From positions 1 to 64,000 of the forward strand of contig CAWKFG010000001.1 in assembly GCA_963848965.1 (NCBI GenBank): a DNA stretch of 64,000 nucleotides, given 5' to 3'. The translations under genes and the position numbers were made by a program. A model generated the notes under the pieces. The model was not told the DNA's origin and made no database searches. It was given only the letters and a program-made list of their open reading frames with translations. Origin of the DNA: an uncultured bacterium (GTDB lineage Bacteria; Babelota; Babeliae; Babelales; Babelaceae). Positions within the stretch are counted from its first letter, which is position 1. Each line of letters starts with the position of its first letter. Positions 43,185 through 51,851 of this stretch are shown piece after piece.

Positions 43185-44456
43185 ATGTCAACTGAATATG
43201 TGCTCATTGAGCAATCTCCTCCTTTACAAGGAACTGTGCCGCTTGTAGGAGCAAAAAATGCTGTTCTTGTTATTATGGCGTCGCTCATTTTGGCACCCGG
43301 TAAATCAAAATTAACCAATGTTCCTTTTTCTGATGATATTACGCAGATGATAAAGCTGCTTCATGAGCTAGGAGCACTAGTACATGCAGATGTAGGGACT
43401 AATACGTTAGAAATTGATACTTCCTATGTAGATAAACACAAAGTAAGTGCAGAGATAATGAAGAAGATGCGTGCTTCCATTTTAGTAATGGGCCCTCTTC
43501 TTGCTCGCTTTGGTAAAGCAGATATTGCCCAACCGGGAGGGTGCGTTATTGGTACTCGTCCAATAGATTATCATCTGAAAGCGTTTACAAAAATGGGTGT
43601 TTCTGTTGATGCTCAAGGTGATTTCTTAAATGTTCATACGCAAGGACTACTGCCAGCCCGTATTGTCTTAGAGTATCCAAGCGTAGGTGCTACAGAGAAT
43701 ATAATGATGGCTGCTGCTCTTGCTACCGGTAGAACACAGATTATTAATGCAGCTTTAGAGCCAGAGGTATTGGATCTTATTACAGTTCTCAAGAAAATGG
43801 GTGCTTCCATTACTATAGTACCTCCTGCAACTATTGAGATAGAAGGGGTAAAAGAATTAAAGCCTATTGAACATGCTATTATGTATGATAGACTTGAGGC
43901 TGGTGCGCTTATTCTGGCAGCTGCTATCACGGGCGGAGAGATAGCTCTTCCTCATGCTCCTGCTGAAAGTATGGATGTTTTTCTTGAGAAGCTACAAGAA
44001 ATGGGCCATGATGTAACGCGTGGGGTAGATGGCACTGGTGTCTGGTTTAAAGCAACAAGTAATCCTCATGCAGTCTCTTTTAAAACTATGCCCTATCCAG
44101 GATTCCCTACCGACTTACAGGCTCCTATGATGGCAGTGCTTTGTCTTGCTTCAGGAACAAGTGTTGTTCATGAAACTGTCTTTGAAAATAGATTACTTCA
44201 TGTGCGAGAATTGCAAAAGATGGGAGCTCAAATAACGGTTGAAGGGCATACAGCTACTATCTGCGGGGTAGATGAACTTTATGGAGCTCAGGTCATTGCT
44301 ACCGATATTCGAGCTTCATGCGCACTGGTGCTTGCAGGGCTTGTAGCTCAAGGACACACCTGTATGACAGGAGTTCATCACTTACGCCGAGGCTATCAAG
44401 GATTCATAGAGAAGCTGACTGCTTTAGGTGCTAAAATAGCTCTTAAACAGGAGTAA
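43185..44456 (+). CDS. murA: UDP-N-acetylglucosamine 1-carboxyvinyltransferase
   Basis: GAKNA, MRASILVMGPLL, PGGCVIGTRP, PYPGFPTDLQ, ATDIRA. Confidence 0.97.
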   Translation: MSTEYVLIEQSPPLQGTVPLVGAKNAVLVIMASLILAPGKSKLTNVPFSDDITQMIKLLHELGALVHADVGTNTLEIDTSYVDKHKVSAEIMKKMRASILVMGPLLARFGKADIAQPGGCVIGTRPIDYHLKAFTKMGVSVDAQGDFLNVHTQGLLPARIVLEYPSVGATENIMMAAALATGRTQIINAALEPEVLDLITVLKKMGASITIVPPATIEIEGVKELKPIEHAIMYDRLEAGALILAAAITGGEIALPHAPAESMDVFLEKLQEMGHDVTRGVDGTGVWFKATSNPHAVSFKTMPYPGFPTDLQAPMMAVLCLASGTSVVHETVFENRLLHVRELQKMGAQITVEGHTATICGVDELYGAQVIATDIRASCALVLAGLVAQGHTCMTGVHHLRRGYQGFIEKLTALGAKIALKQE

Positions 44457-44557
44457 CACGAGGCAAAAATAGTTGTTTCTTGGTGTACTTTTTTGATTTT
44501 TAAAGTATACTATTTTTTAGTAGAATAATAGTATAAATAAATGATTAGGCCGATAAA

Positions 44558-45889
44558 ATGATAAAAAATCTTCTTTATAATGCTTTTTTGTTCGGTGCTT
44601 TTACACTATATCCAATGTATAAGCCTACTTATACGGCAGATTCTTTAAAAAATATCAGTATCCAGCAACTTGCTCAAAAGCTTGTCACTTGCGATCTCCA
44701 GAGTCTTTTAGAGAATAGTAATCTAAACCAACTTCCAGAAGGTCTTACAGAGCATCTTAAGAAAGCTCTTATAGATGATAATCTCCTTGTGTATGTAGAT
44801 GTTTTTCAAAAAGATCTGATTCCTGAAGTTAAACATATTCCTCTGCAGTATTATTGTGCTTCTGATGGAGCTGCATTTATTACAACTTCTAGCAAAGAAG
44901 ATGGGACAAGCAGCATACATATTTTTCCCTGGCCGTCATTAGAGCTGAAAATAACTTTTGACTGTCCTGAAAGTATTCTGTCATTGGTAGCCGTTCCACG
45001 CTCTGAACTCTTTTTTACTGCTCATGAAGAGAGTATACGCTTATGGAGTATAAAAGAAAAAAGGTGTATACAAGAATTTAAAAAAGAAAAGGGAGTTATT
45101 TGTGATTTAGTAACTAATGTTCAAGGAACTATGCTTCTTATGCGTTCAGTACTTGATAATTGCAATTATAGACTTATGAAACTCACTTCCTTTCCTTATA
45201 CCTTATCTGAATCTTGTACTCAAACTGAGGGAAAAACTAACCTTGACCTTGAATTAACTCCTGATGGTGAGTATGCAATTGAGTCTGAGGATGGGTATAT
45301 TTGCTTTCTTTCACTGATTACCGGTAAAGTTATAAAGATTGCGACTATAAAGGAGCATGTAAGTAGTATACATCTAAGTCCTGATGGCAGTTTTTTAATA
45401 GCTCTTTTAGGAACAACTTTACCTGCTGTCAACGGGTTTAGCCAAATAACTGACATGCAACCGTACCTGTTTGCTGTAAAAGATGGAGAAAAGATGGTCC
45501 CTGTTCATCTTACAGGGCATAATTGTATGGTAAAAGCAGTAAAAATAAGTCCTAATGGTAGGTATTTTGTTACAGGAGATGAAAAAGGTACTCTTCGTCT
45601 TTGGGATCTGTGTACGCTTGCTTCTATAGAGTTAAAAAATCATCCATTGACCTGTATAAACGATCTTCAATGGTCGCCAGATGGTAAGTTTCTCTTTGTA
45701 AAAGGAGATAAGGAAGGGACATATGTGTATAATTTTGAATCACTTATGAATACTGCAACTATAAAAGAGCTTGTCCTTATTGCAAAGTTAAAAAAATTTG
45801 GTATTCAAGTGCTCAGTAGTTCCTCCTATAGATCTATCTTTGAAAAATCTTCTTATCATGATAAACTTTCTGAGTATTTTAAGATTTGA
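44558..45889 (+). CDS. Secreted WD40-repeat protein
   Basis: TGH..VKAVKISPNGRYFVTGDEKGTLRLWD; WSPDGK. Confidence 0.85.
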   Translation: MIKNLLYNAFLFGAFTLYPMYKPTYTADSLKNISIQQLAQKLVTCDLQSLLENSNLNQLPEGLTEHLKKALIDDNLLVYVDVFQKDLIPEVKHIPLQYYCASDGAAFITTSSKEDGTSSIHIFPWPSLELKITFDCPESILSLVAVPRSELFFTAHEESIRLWSIKEKRCIQEFKKEKGVICDLVTNVQGTMLLMRSVLDNCNYRLMKLTSFPYTLSESCTQTEGKTNLDLELTPDGEYAIESEDGYICFLSLITGKVIKIATIKEHVSSIHLSPDGSFLIALLGTTLPAVNGFSQITDMQPYLFAVKDGEKMVPVHLTGHNCMVKAVKISPNGRYFVTGDEKGTLRLWDLCTLASIELKNHPLTCINDLQWSPDGKFLFVKGDKEGTYVYNFESLMNTATIKELVLIAKLKKFGIQVLSSSSYRSIFEKSSYHDKLSEYFKI

Positions 45890-45933
45890 AAGAGCTACCC
45901 TAACAGCAGCTCTTAGATACTACGATAAGAATT

Positions 45934-46458
45934 TTATACAGCTTTTTCTATAAGAACTTTATAAGCAGGGTTTATCATTTGCATGATTTGAGTGGCTTTG
46001 CTTCTTTGTAACTCATTATCCTTTGGTTGCTTATCAGGATGAAAGCGGAATGTAAGAGCTCTATACCTTTCTAATAGAGCTTTTCTATTGAAGGCATCAT
46101 TAGGATGTAGTCCAAGAAGTGGAGCAGCAGTAGGAGCAAAATTTCTTGCAAATCCAAGCTGTTCATAAACATCTGCTCTTTCAGCTACAGGAACTTTATC
46201 ATCAAGAAGAATATGTTCATACACATTTTCCCACATACCAATGCCTTCGGCTCTTTTTTTTGGATTCTGCACAGTATAAGGTAAATGTTCTTTCTCTTGT
46301 TTGCCACCTTCTTGCTCTTGTCCTGAAGGAGTATAGCCTAGAGCAGGCTCTTCTTGAGGAGTTTCGGTAGAAACTAGCTCTTGTGGAACTGTTAACATTC
46401 CATAAAGAGGTATACTCAGAAGTACAAAACCTGCCAAAAGTACATAGTTGTTTTTCAT
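45934..46458 (-). CDS. Secreted protein with a C-terminal J-domain
   Basis: LLGL...RYRALTFRFHPDK...MQMINPAYKVL. Confidence 0.85.
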   Translation of the reverse strand: MKNNYVLLAGFVLLSIPLYGMLTVPQELVSTETPQEEPALGYTPSGQEQEGGKQEKEHLPYTVQNPKKRAEGIGMWENVYEHILLDDKVPVAERADVYEQLGFARNFAPTAAPLLGLHPNDAFNRKALLERYRALTFRFHPDKQPKDNELQRSKATQIMQMINPAYKVLIEKAV

Positions 46459-46581
46459 GGAAAAGTCCTTTATTTTTAAATAAACTATTTTTTATTATAG
46501 TAATTTAAAAGGGCATGATTTTTCAAGAAATTTACTTATCGTGAGGAATTTCTGCAGCAGTAGTAAAAAACTATAAAGACC

Positions 46582-47418
46582 TTAGTAGCTACTTGCAAGT
46601 TCAGTAAGTTCTCGAGTAATAATACTTTGCCGTGTTTTGTTATAGTCAAGGCGCATCGCTATAAGAAGATTATCGGCATTACGTGTTGCAGAGTCCATTG
46701 AAAGGAATCTGGCAGCTTGTTCTGCAAGAAGTGACTCAAATAGAATTTCTTGTAATGTTACAGAAATCATCATTTGTTGAATAATGGCATTAAGCTCTTC
46801 TAGAGGCTGTTCAAAGATGTAATCGCTTGGTTCAGCTGCTGTAGATTCTGTAGGCTCTTTAAGAGGTAATATAAATGTTTTTTGTGGCCTTTGAACAAAG
46901 AAACTACGTGAATAATTACTGTATACAGTAACAGTAGAATAAGGTAGTGGTGCTGTGATGATAAAAGAGGTAATTGCTTGGGCTATAGAAACAAAATGAG
47001 TTGAGGTAAAAGTATTATATGATGCTAGTGCAGTAATAGAGCGTTGCTTAAGGTAATTGGTGGCATACTTGCCTACACTGATAAAGTGATGCTCTGCACT
47101 ACTAGTAATAGTGGGGTTCTCTAGTTCAAAGTATTTAAAAAGAGCAGAATTAAAAGTACCACAGAGCCCTTTTTGTGCACTTACAATGATTATAAGATGT
47201 TGAGGAGTCTCTCTAGTAGATTCTTCTTGAGTAAGAGAAACAGTAGTTCGTACCTTTTGCCAAAGTTCCTGAAAAGCATCTTTATACTTTTGCAAATGAG
47301 CTTTTTTATGTCGTAGTCGTGAATGTGTTGACATAGAAATAAGGCGCATTGCATGTGTTATCTTTTTTATTGTTTCAATAGCTTTAATGCGCTGTCGCAT
47401 AAGGACAAGTTGTGCCAT
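46582..47418 (-). CDS. atpG: ATP synthase F1 gamma subunit
   Basis: KKITHAMRLIS, KGLCGTFN, AEQAARFLSMDSATRNA, RQSIITRELTE. Confidence 0.95.
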   Translation of the reverse strand: MAQLVLMRQRIKAIETIKKITHAMRLISMSTHSRLRHKKAHLQKYKDAFQELWQKVRTTVSLTQEESTRETPQHLIIIVSAQKGLCGTFNSALFKYFELENPTITSSAEHHFISVGKYATNYLKQRSITALASYNTFTSTHFVSIAQAITSFIITAPLPYSTVTVYSNYSRSFFVQRPQKTFILPLKEPTESTAAEPSDYIFEQPLEELNAIIQQMMISVTLQEILFESLLAEQAARFLSMDSATRNADNLLIAMRLDYNKTRQSIITRELTELASSY

Positions 47419-47432
47419 AGAATACCCTATAA

Positions 47433-47495
47433 TAGCAATGTACGTTTAAATAGTAGTATACTGAGTGTACAAAGTATCGGGCTCTTATGCAACTA
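47433..47495 (+). repeat. 63-bp direct repeat, copy 1
   Basis: TAGCAATGTACGTTTAAATAGTAGTATACTGAGTGTACAAAGTATCGGGCTCTTATGCAACTA; 2 mismatches to copy 2. Confidence 0.9.
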
Positions 47496-47915
47496 ACTAG
47501 TGAAAGGATTAATTATTTTTAACGTATTTTCAATTTCATGAAAATGATGCATATCTTCGGTAAATAATACTTCACATTGATTTTCTAAAGAGCTAGAAAT
47601 AATAAGACTATCATAATAGGAATAGCAATATTTGCCTGCTATAAAGAGAGCTTTTTGAATAGTAGAAGAAGTAATGGTTGTTACAAAAAAGTTTTCTAAA
47701 AGTTCCTTAACTACTTGAGCTACTATCTCGAGCTTAACCTTTTTCTTTCTGTGCATTACATGAATACACTCATTTAGTACTTGCGTGCTAATTATAAGCT
47801 GGTCAAAATTAGTAAACAAACGCTCAACTGCATGTTTCTTTAGAGGCTCATCCTGTGAATAGAGATAGATTATGATGTTAGAATCTATAAATATTCTATC
47901 TGGTATTGGCTTCAT
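47493..47915 (-). CDS. PIN-domain (VapC-like) toxin
   Basis: FIDSNIIIY, ISTQVLNE, SYYDSLII, LFTEDM. Confidence 0.9.
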   Translation of the reverse strand: MKPIPDRIFIDSNIIIYLYSQDEPLKKHAVERLFTNFDQLIISTQVLNECIHVMHRKKKVKLEIVAQVVKELLENFFVTTITSSTIQKALFIAGKYCYSYYDSLIISSSLENQCEVLFTEDMHHFHEIENTLKIINPFTS

Positions 47916-48105
47916 CTCGGTCAAATTTGAGTCCTTTAGTTTTTATTTTTACAGCTGTAAATTTTCTCTTGCGTTGAGGTTTTGCTTTAGGTGATTCGTC
48001 TATAAGGATAATAACCCTCAATTCATTTTGTAAATTATCAAGGTATTTCTTAGGAATCTTTATAGTGCCATCTTCAACTTTGGTAGTAAATTCAATAGCG
48101 CGCAT
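47896..48105 (-). CDS. Putative antitoxin
   Basis: 69 aa, AIEFTTKVEDGTIKIP...FDRDEANTR, overlapping the PIN gene. Confidence 0.75.
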   Translation of the reverse strand: MRAIEFTTKVEDGTIKIPKKYLDNLQNELRVIILIDESPKAKPQRKRKFTAVKIKTKGLKFDRDEANTR

Positions 48106-48234
48106 TGTAGTCTCCTTATATAGTTATTTCTTTTCTACTCTTATTGTACCATATTGTTATTAGGGCAACAATAATTATACAGCTTAGGAGGTATAAATTA
48201 CACAAGAGAAATCATTAAAAAGCCGACATTTACG

Positions 48235-48297
48235 TAGCAATGTGCGTTTAAATAGTAGTATACTGAGTGTACAAAGTATCGAGCTCTTATGCAACTA
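48235..48297 (+). repeat. 63-bp direct repeat, copy 2
   Basis: TAGCAATGTGCGTTTAAATAGTAGTATACTGAGTGTACAAAGTATCGAGCTCTTATGCAACTA. Confidence 0.9.
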
Positions 48298-48315
48298 GTT
48301 ACTAAGAAAGAATAG

Positions 48316-48891
48316 ATGATATTATTGGTTGATGGTTATAATCTTTTAAAATATATTATCAAAAAGGACTTTGCTACAGAAAAAGAGCGTAATTGGCTAC
48401 TATCTGAGTTGACAGAGTATGCTCGAGCAAAAAAGCACTCAATTATAATTGTCTTTGATGGAGGTCCTTATGAACGGCCTACCTATACAAAAAGAGGACA
48501 AGTTGCTATTCTCTATTCAGGAACTCGCCAAAGTGCAGATGATGTAATTAAAGAGCATGTTAGTCACTATCCAGCTTCACGGCTTCTTATTGTATCATCT
48601 GATAGAGGACTCTATTCATTTGCTGCACGAGCTCGTGTTGCTACTGTAGATGTAGAGGCCTTTTATGTGTTGATGCGTGAAAAAAAGCAACCTGCATTAC
48701 GACTTGAACGGGCAAAAGGATCAGCTCAAAAGCTGCATACAGAAAAGAATAAAGAGCTTGATACTCTTATGCAAGAGGCAAGTGAAGTACTTATGTATAA
48801 AGATAATGAAGGTCAAAATCATTCTGGCAAAACGACACAAAAACTTTCAAAAGAAGAGCGTAAATTACTAAAAATTACCAAAAAGCTATGA
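48316..48891 (+). CDS. NYN-domain RNase (YacP/Rae1-like)
   Basis: LLVDGYNL, IVFDG, SADDVI, IVSSDR. Confidence 0.85.
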   Translation: MILLVDGYNLLKYIIKKDFATEKERNWLLSELTEYARAKKHSIIIVFDGGPYERPTYTKRGQVAILYSGTRQSADDVIKEHVSHYPASRLLIVSSDRGLYSFAARARVATVDVEAFYVLMREKKQPALRLERAKGSAQKLHTEKNKELDTLMQEASEVLMYKDNEGQNHSGKTTQKLSKEERKLLKITKKL

Positions 48892-49307
48892 AGATTATCT
48901 ATTCCCTTGAAACAATAGACATACCAGTAAATGCCTTATATACACTTATGCCACAATGTGCAGTATTTACCTTTACAGGAAATTTAGGAGCGGGTAAGAC
49001 AACATTAGTACAGCATCTTTTGCGTCGTTGTGGAGTGCAAGAAGTAATTACAAGTCCAACATTTACGTATGTTAATACGTATACAAATGCTCAAGGCCAA
49101 ACATTCTACCATTTTGATCTTTATCGTATGCACTCGTTAAACGACTTTTTAGATGTAGGCTTTGATGAATATTTATATGCACCTCAAAGTTGGGCATTTA
49201 TTGAATGGCCAGAGATACTTACGCCTCTTTTAAAGCATAAGGTATGTCATAACCATATTGATTACTATGATCATCAAAGAGTGCTTGAATATACTGTTAT
49301 TAAATAG
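48888..49307 (+). CDS. tsaE: tRNA threonylcarbamoyladenosine ATPase
   Basis: GNLGAGKTT, SPTF, HFDLYR, FIEWPE. Confidence 0.95.
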   Translation: MKIIYSLETIDIPVNALYTLMPQCAVFTFTGNLGAGKTTLVQHLLRRCGVQEVITSPTFTYVNTYTNAQGQTFYHFDLYRMHSLNDFLDVGFDEYLYAPQSWAFIEWPEILTPLLKHKVCHNHIDYYDHQRVLEYTVIK

Positions 49308-49309
49308 CT

Positions 49310-49903
49310 TTAAAGATCTATATTTTTCCCACCTTTTTTGGCGACAACTTTAATATCACCGTATCCATTAATAGAAATTTCAGCAATAGTATCAATACCT
49401 TGTAAATTAACTTCTTTAAACGATCTACTTGTTATAATTGCAAGATCTGTTGGTGCAGCGGCTTTAACAAGGGTCATGACTTGTGGTTTGCTAAGGATAT
49501 TTCTATATTGTCCAGGTTTAAGAGGCTCTTTTTGCGCAGCTCCTTGTAATGTTTGTCGGGGGCCATAGACTGGACGATCAGTAGGGCGTATTCGTTGTGG
49601 TGGCACTGTTGGTTGTACAAATCTTCTCCCTTGTACACTTTGTCCAGCTGGTAATGTAGAAGTAGTAGACTGGATTCCTTGTGATGGAGCAGCCCCTTTT
49701 GCAGGTTCTTTAGGAGGAACAAAAGAGGGAACGTAGATGCCGTACATACCAGTAGTCTCTTTTGGAGAAAGTTTTTTCTTATCGTAAAACATAATAAAGG
49801 CAGGAGAATCTTTAAATTGATGGGTAACCAAATCTATACTTTTCAAGTACCCTTTAAGGAGTGGGGTGCAGCATAATATGAGTAAAATAAGAAATCTTTT
49901 CAT
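49310..49903 (-). CDS. Secreted hypothetical protein
   Basis: Signal peptide; P/Q-rich middle region. Confidence 0.65.
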   Translation of the reverse strand: MKRFLILLILCCTPLLKGYLKSIDLVTHQFKDSPAFIMFYDKKKLSPKETTGMYGIYVPSFVPPKEPAKGAAPSQGIQSTTSTLPAGQSVQGRRFVQPTVPPQRIRPTDRPVYGPRQTLQGAAQKEPLKPGQYRNILSKPQVMTLVKAAAPTDLAIITSRSFKEVNLQGIDTIAEISINGYGDIKVVAKKGGKNIDL

Positions 49904-50097
49904 GATAAACCTCTTTTAAATTTAATTTCATTTTTTAATAAAATAGCACGATGTGCTGAAACTTATCAATGATTTATATAAGTAATTTTGACAAATAAAT
50001 AGAAGATGAGGGTTCACTTAGAAATTAAGAATATGCTCTATAAATGAAACTTTATGTAAATTCGAGAAAGAGTAAAGCTTGTAGGTACTAGAAGATA

Positions 50098-50123
50098 AAG
50101 AGCTCTCAAATCTGAGAGCTCTT
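50098..50123 (-). terminator. Hairpin after the ankyrin gene
   Basis: AAGAGCTCTCA-AATC-TGAGAGCTCTT. Confidence 0.6.
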
Positions 50124-50126
50124 ATA

Positions 50127-51032
50127 TTAAGAAAGTTCTTCAATAGAGGGAAGCAAGCGATCTTGTTGAACAAATGTTAGTGCTATGTGAGCTCCATATG
50201 TTAAAAGGAGCTGCACTATTTCGCTGTTTCCGCGTCTTATGGCATTAACCAGGGCAGATTTACCTGTGTTATTTAATAGAGTTGTATCTGCCCTATGTTG
50301 TAAAAGAATGCTAATAATCTCTTTGCGACCAACAAGTGTAGCGAGCATTAAAGCAGTAGAACCATGTTCGTTTTGAATGTTTGGAGAAGCTCCGTTAAGC
50401 AGTAAGAAACGTACTATATTCTCCTGATTGCAAAATACTGCATCCATAAGTGCTGTTGATCCTGTATTATCTTGTTTATTAACATATGCTCCTTGAGCAA
50501 TAAGTTGTGCTACAGTTTCAAACTTACCATGCCAGCAAGCGAGCATTAAAGCTGTTTGTTCGTGCTCATTTTGTTCATCTACATAAGCTCCTGCGTCAAT
50601 CAATGCCTTAATACAGTAAGCATTTCCCTGTACTGCTGCAAAATGTAATGCAGTATTGTTATTATAACCTCTTTTATGCACATCAGCTTTATTGCTTAAA
50701 AGAAAGAGAATAACAGTATAATGTCCTTGTGATGCAGCAAGCATGAGCGCAGTTTTTCCCTGCTCATCTGTTGTGTTAATATCAATATGTGGAAGAAGAA
50801 GTTGTGCTCTTTCTATATCGGCTTCTTTAACAGCCTGTAACCATTCTGCTTCAAGCATATAGGGAAGAAAATCTTGAGAGAGGGTAGAAAGAGGTTCCCC
50901 TTTGGTTTTCTTCATAAATTGTATCCGTTCTTCATCATGAAGCCTTTTTTTAGGCTGTGGCTTTTCCATACTATAAAGTACAAAACTAGCGCTTATAAAA
51001 GAGAGCGCTGTTATTATAGAAATAAATTTCAC
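50127..51032 (-). CDS. Secreted ankyrin-repeat protein
   Basis: Signal ending LYS|MEKPQPKKR; G.TALM.A repeats. Confidence 0.9.
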   Translation of the reverse strand: MKFISIITALSFISASFVLYSMEKPQPKKRLHDEERIQFMKKTKGEPLSTLSQDFLPYMLEAEWLQAVKEADIERAQLLLPHIDINTTDEQGKTALMLAASQGHYTVILFLLSNKADVHKRGYNNNTALHFAAVQGNAYCIKALIDAGAYVDEQNEHEQTALMLACWHGKFETVAQLIAQGAYVNKQDNTGSTALMDAVFCNQENIVRFLLLNGASPNIQNEHGSTALMLATLVGRKEIISILLQHRADTTLLNNTGKSALVNAIRRGNSEIVQLLLTYGAHIALTFVQQDRLLPSIEELS

Positions 51033-51202
51033 TATATTTCCTTATTATTAAACTACTATATTAATTGAATTGATTGACAAAAATATAATTAATAATACCC
51101 GTTTTTCACTAAGAAAGCAAAATAAAGAGCTTATGGTTGACTTAATAAGCAAGATGGGAGTAGAATCTTAAAAATTTAATAACCATTACAGAAGGGGTCT
51201 CA

Positions 51203-51832
51203 ATGAAAATAAAATTATTAATGACTTGCTTACTACCTGCTTATATGCTTTTTGGTTGTGATAATAAAGAGTTATATGAAGCGGTTAAGAATAGTGACCT
51301 TTATACCTTTAATACTATCTTGAATGCTGAAAAGGTTGTGCTGACACAACAAGAGAAAAGTGAGTTATTAGGATTTGCTCAAGAAATAGTTGCGAGAAGG
51401 AAAAACCAAGCAACTAGTATAACAAATGCTCTTGTTAATAGGCATACTCTTTTTGGAGCTGGCCTCTTATATACAGCTTTTGTTTGCAAAACTATGTTAT
51501 CTTCAAATTGGGTTGAGAATAACCTACGTGAGCGGTTGCAAAGAGTTAGGGGTCACTTAAAACCTCATCAAGAGGGTGACCACTACATCTTTGACATTGA
51601 GGGTGGAGATATGCGAAAAGGTGCTTTTACACCACAAAGATATGTTGATTTTACAGAAGAACAGGCATTACAAGATTTTTCTAATTTTAAAAAAAATTTA
51701 GGATTTGTACCTTGGCTTTTTGCAGGTATTGGTCTTTATCATCTTTATAAGGGTGTTATAGATACTAATGCTAAAAAACAGTATAACAACGCTTGTGCTA
51801 TTAAAATGGTTATTGAAAACTATCCAATATAA
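51203..51832 (+). CDS. Hypothetical membrane protein, possible lipoprotein
   Basis: LFG|C lipobox-like; paralogue of the next gene. Confidence 0.7.
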   Translation: MKIKLLMTCLLPAYMLFGCDNKELYEAVKNSDLYTFNTILNAEKVVLTQQEKSELLGFAQEIVARRKNQATSITNALVNRHTLFGAGLLYTAFVCKTMLSSNWVENNLRERLQRVRGHLKPHQEGDHYIFDIEGGDMRKGAFTPQRYVDFTEEQALQDFSNFKKNLGFVPWLFAGIGLYHLYKGVIDTNAKKQYNNACAIKMVIENYPI

Positions 51833-51851
51833 AAAGAATAGGTAATAAGTT

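Noticed and set aside
47433..48297. Integron cassette or CRISPR interpretation of the direct repeats
   Set aside because: Only two copies 802 bp apart, no recognisable attC layout, and no integrase or cas genes
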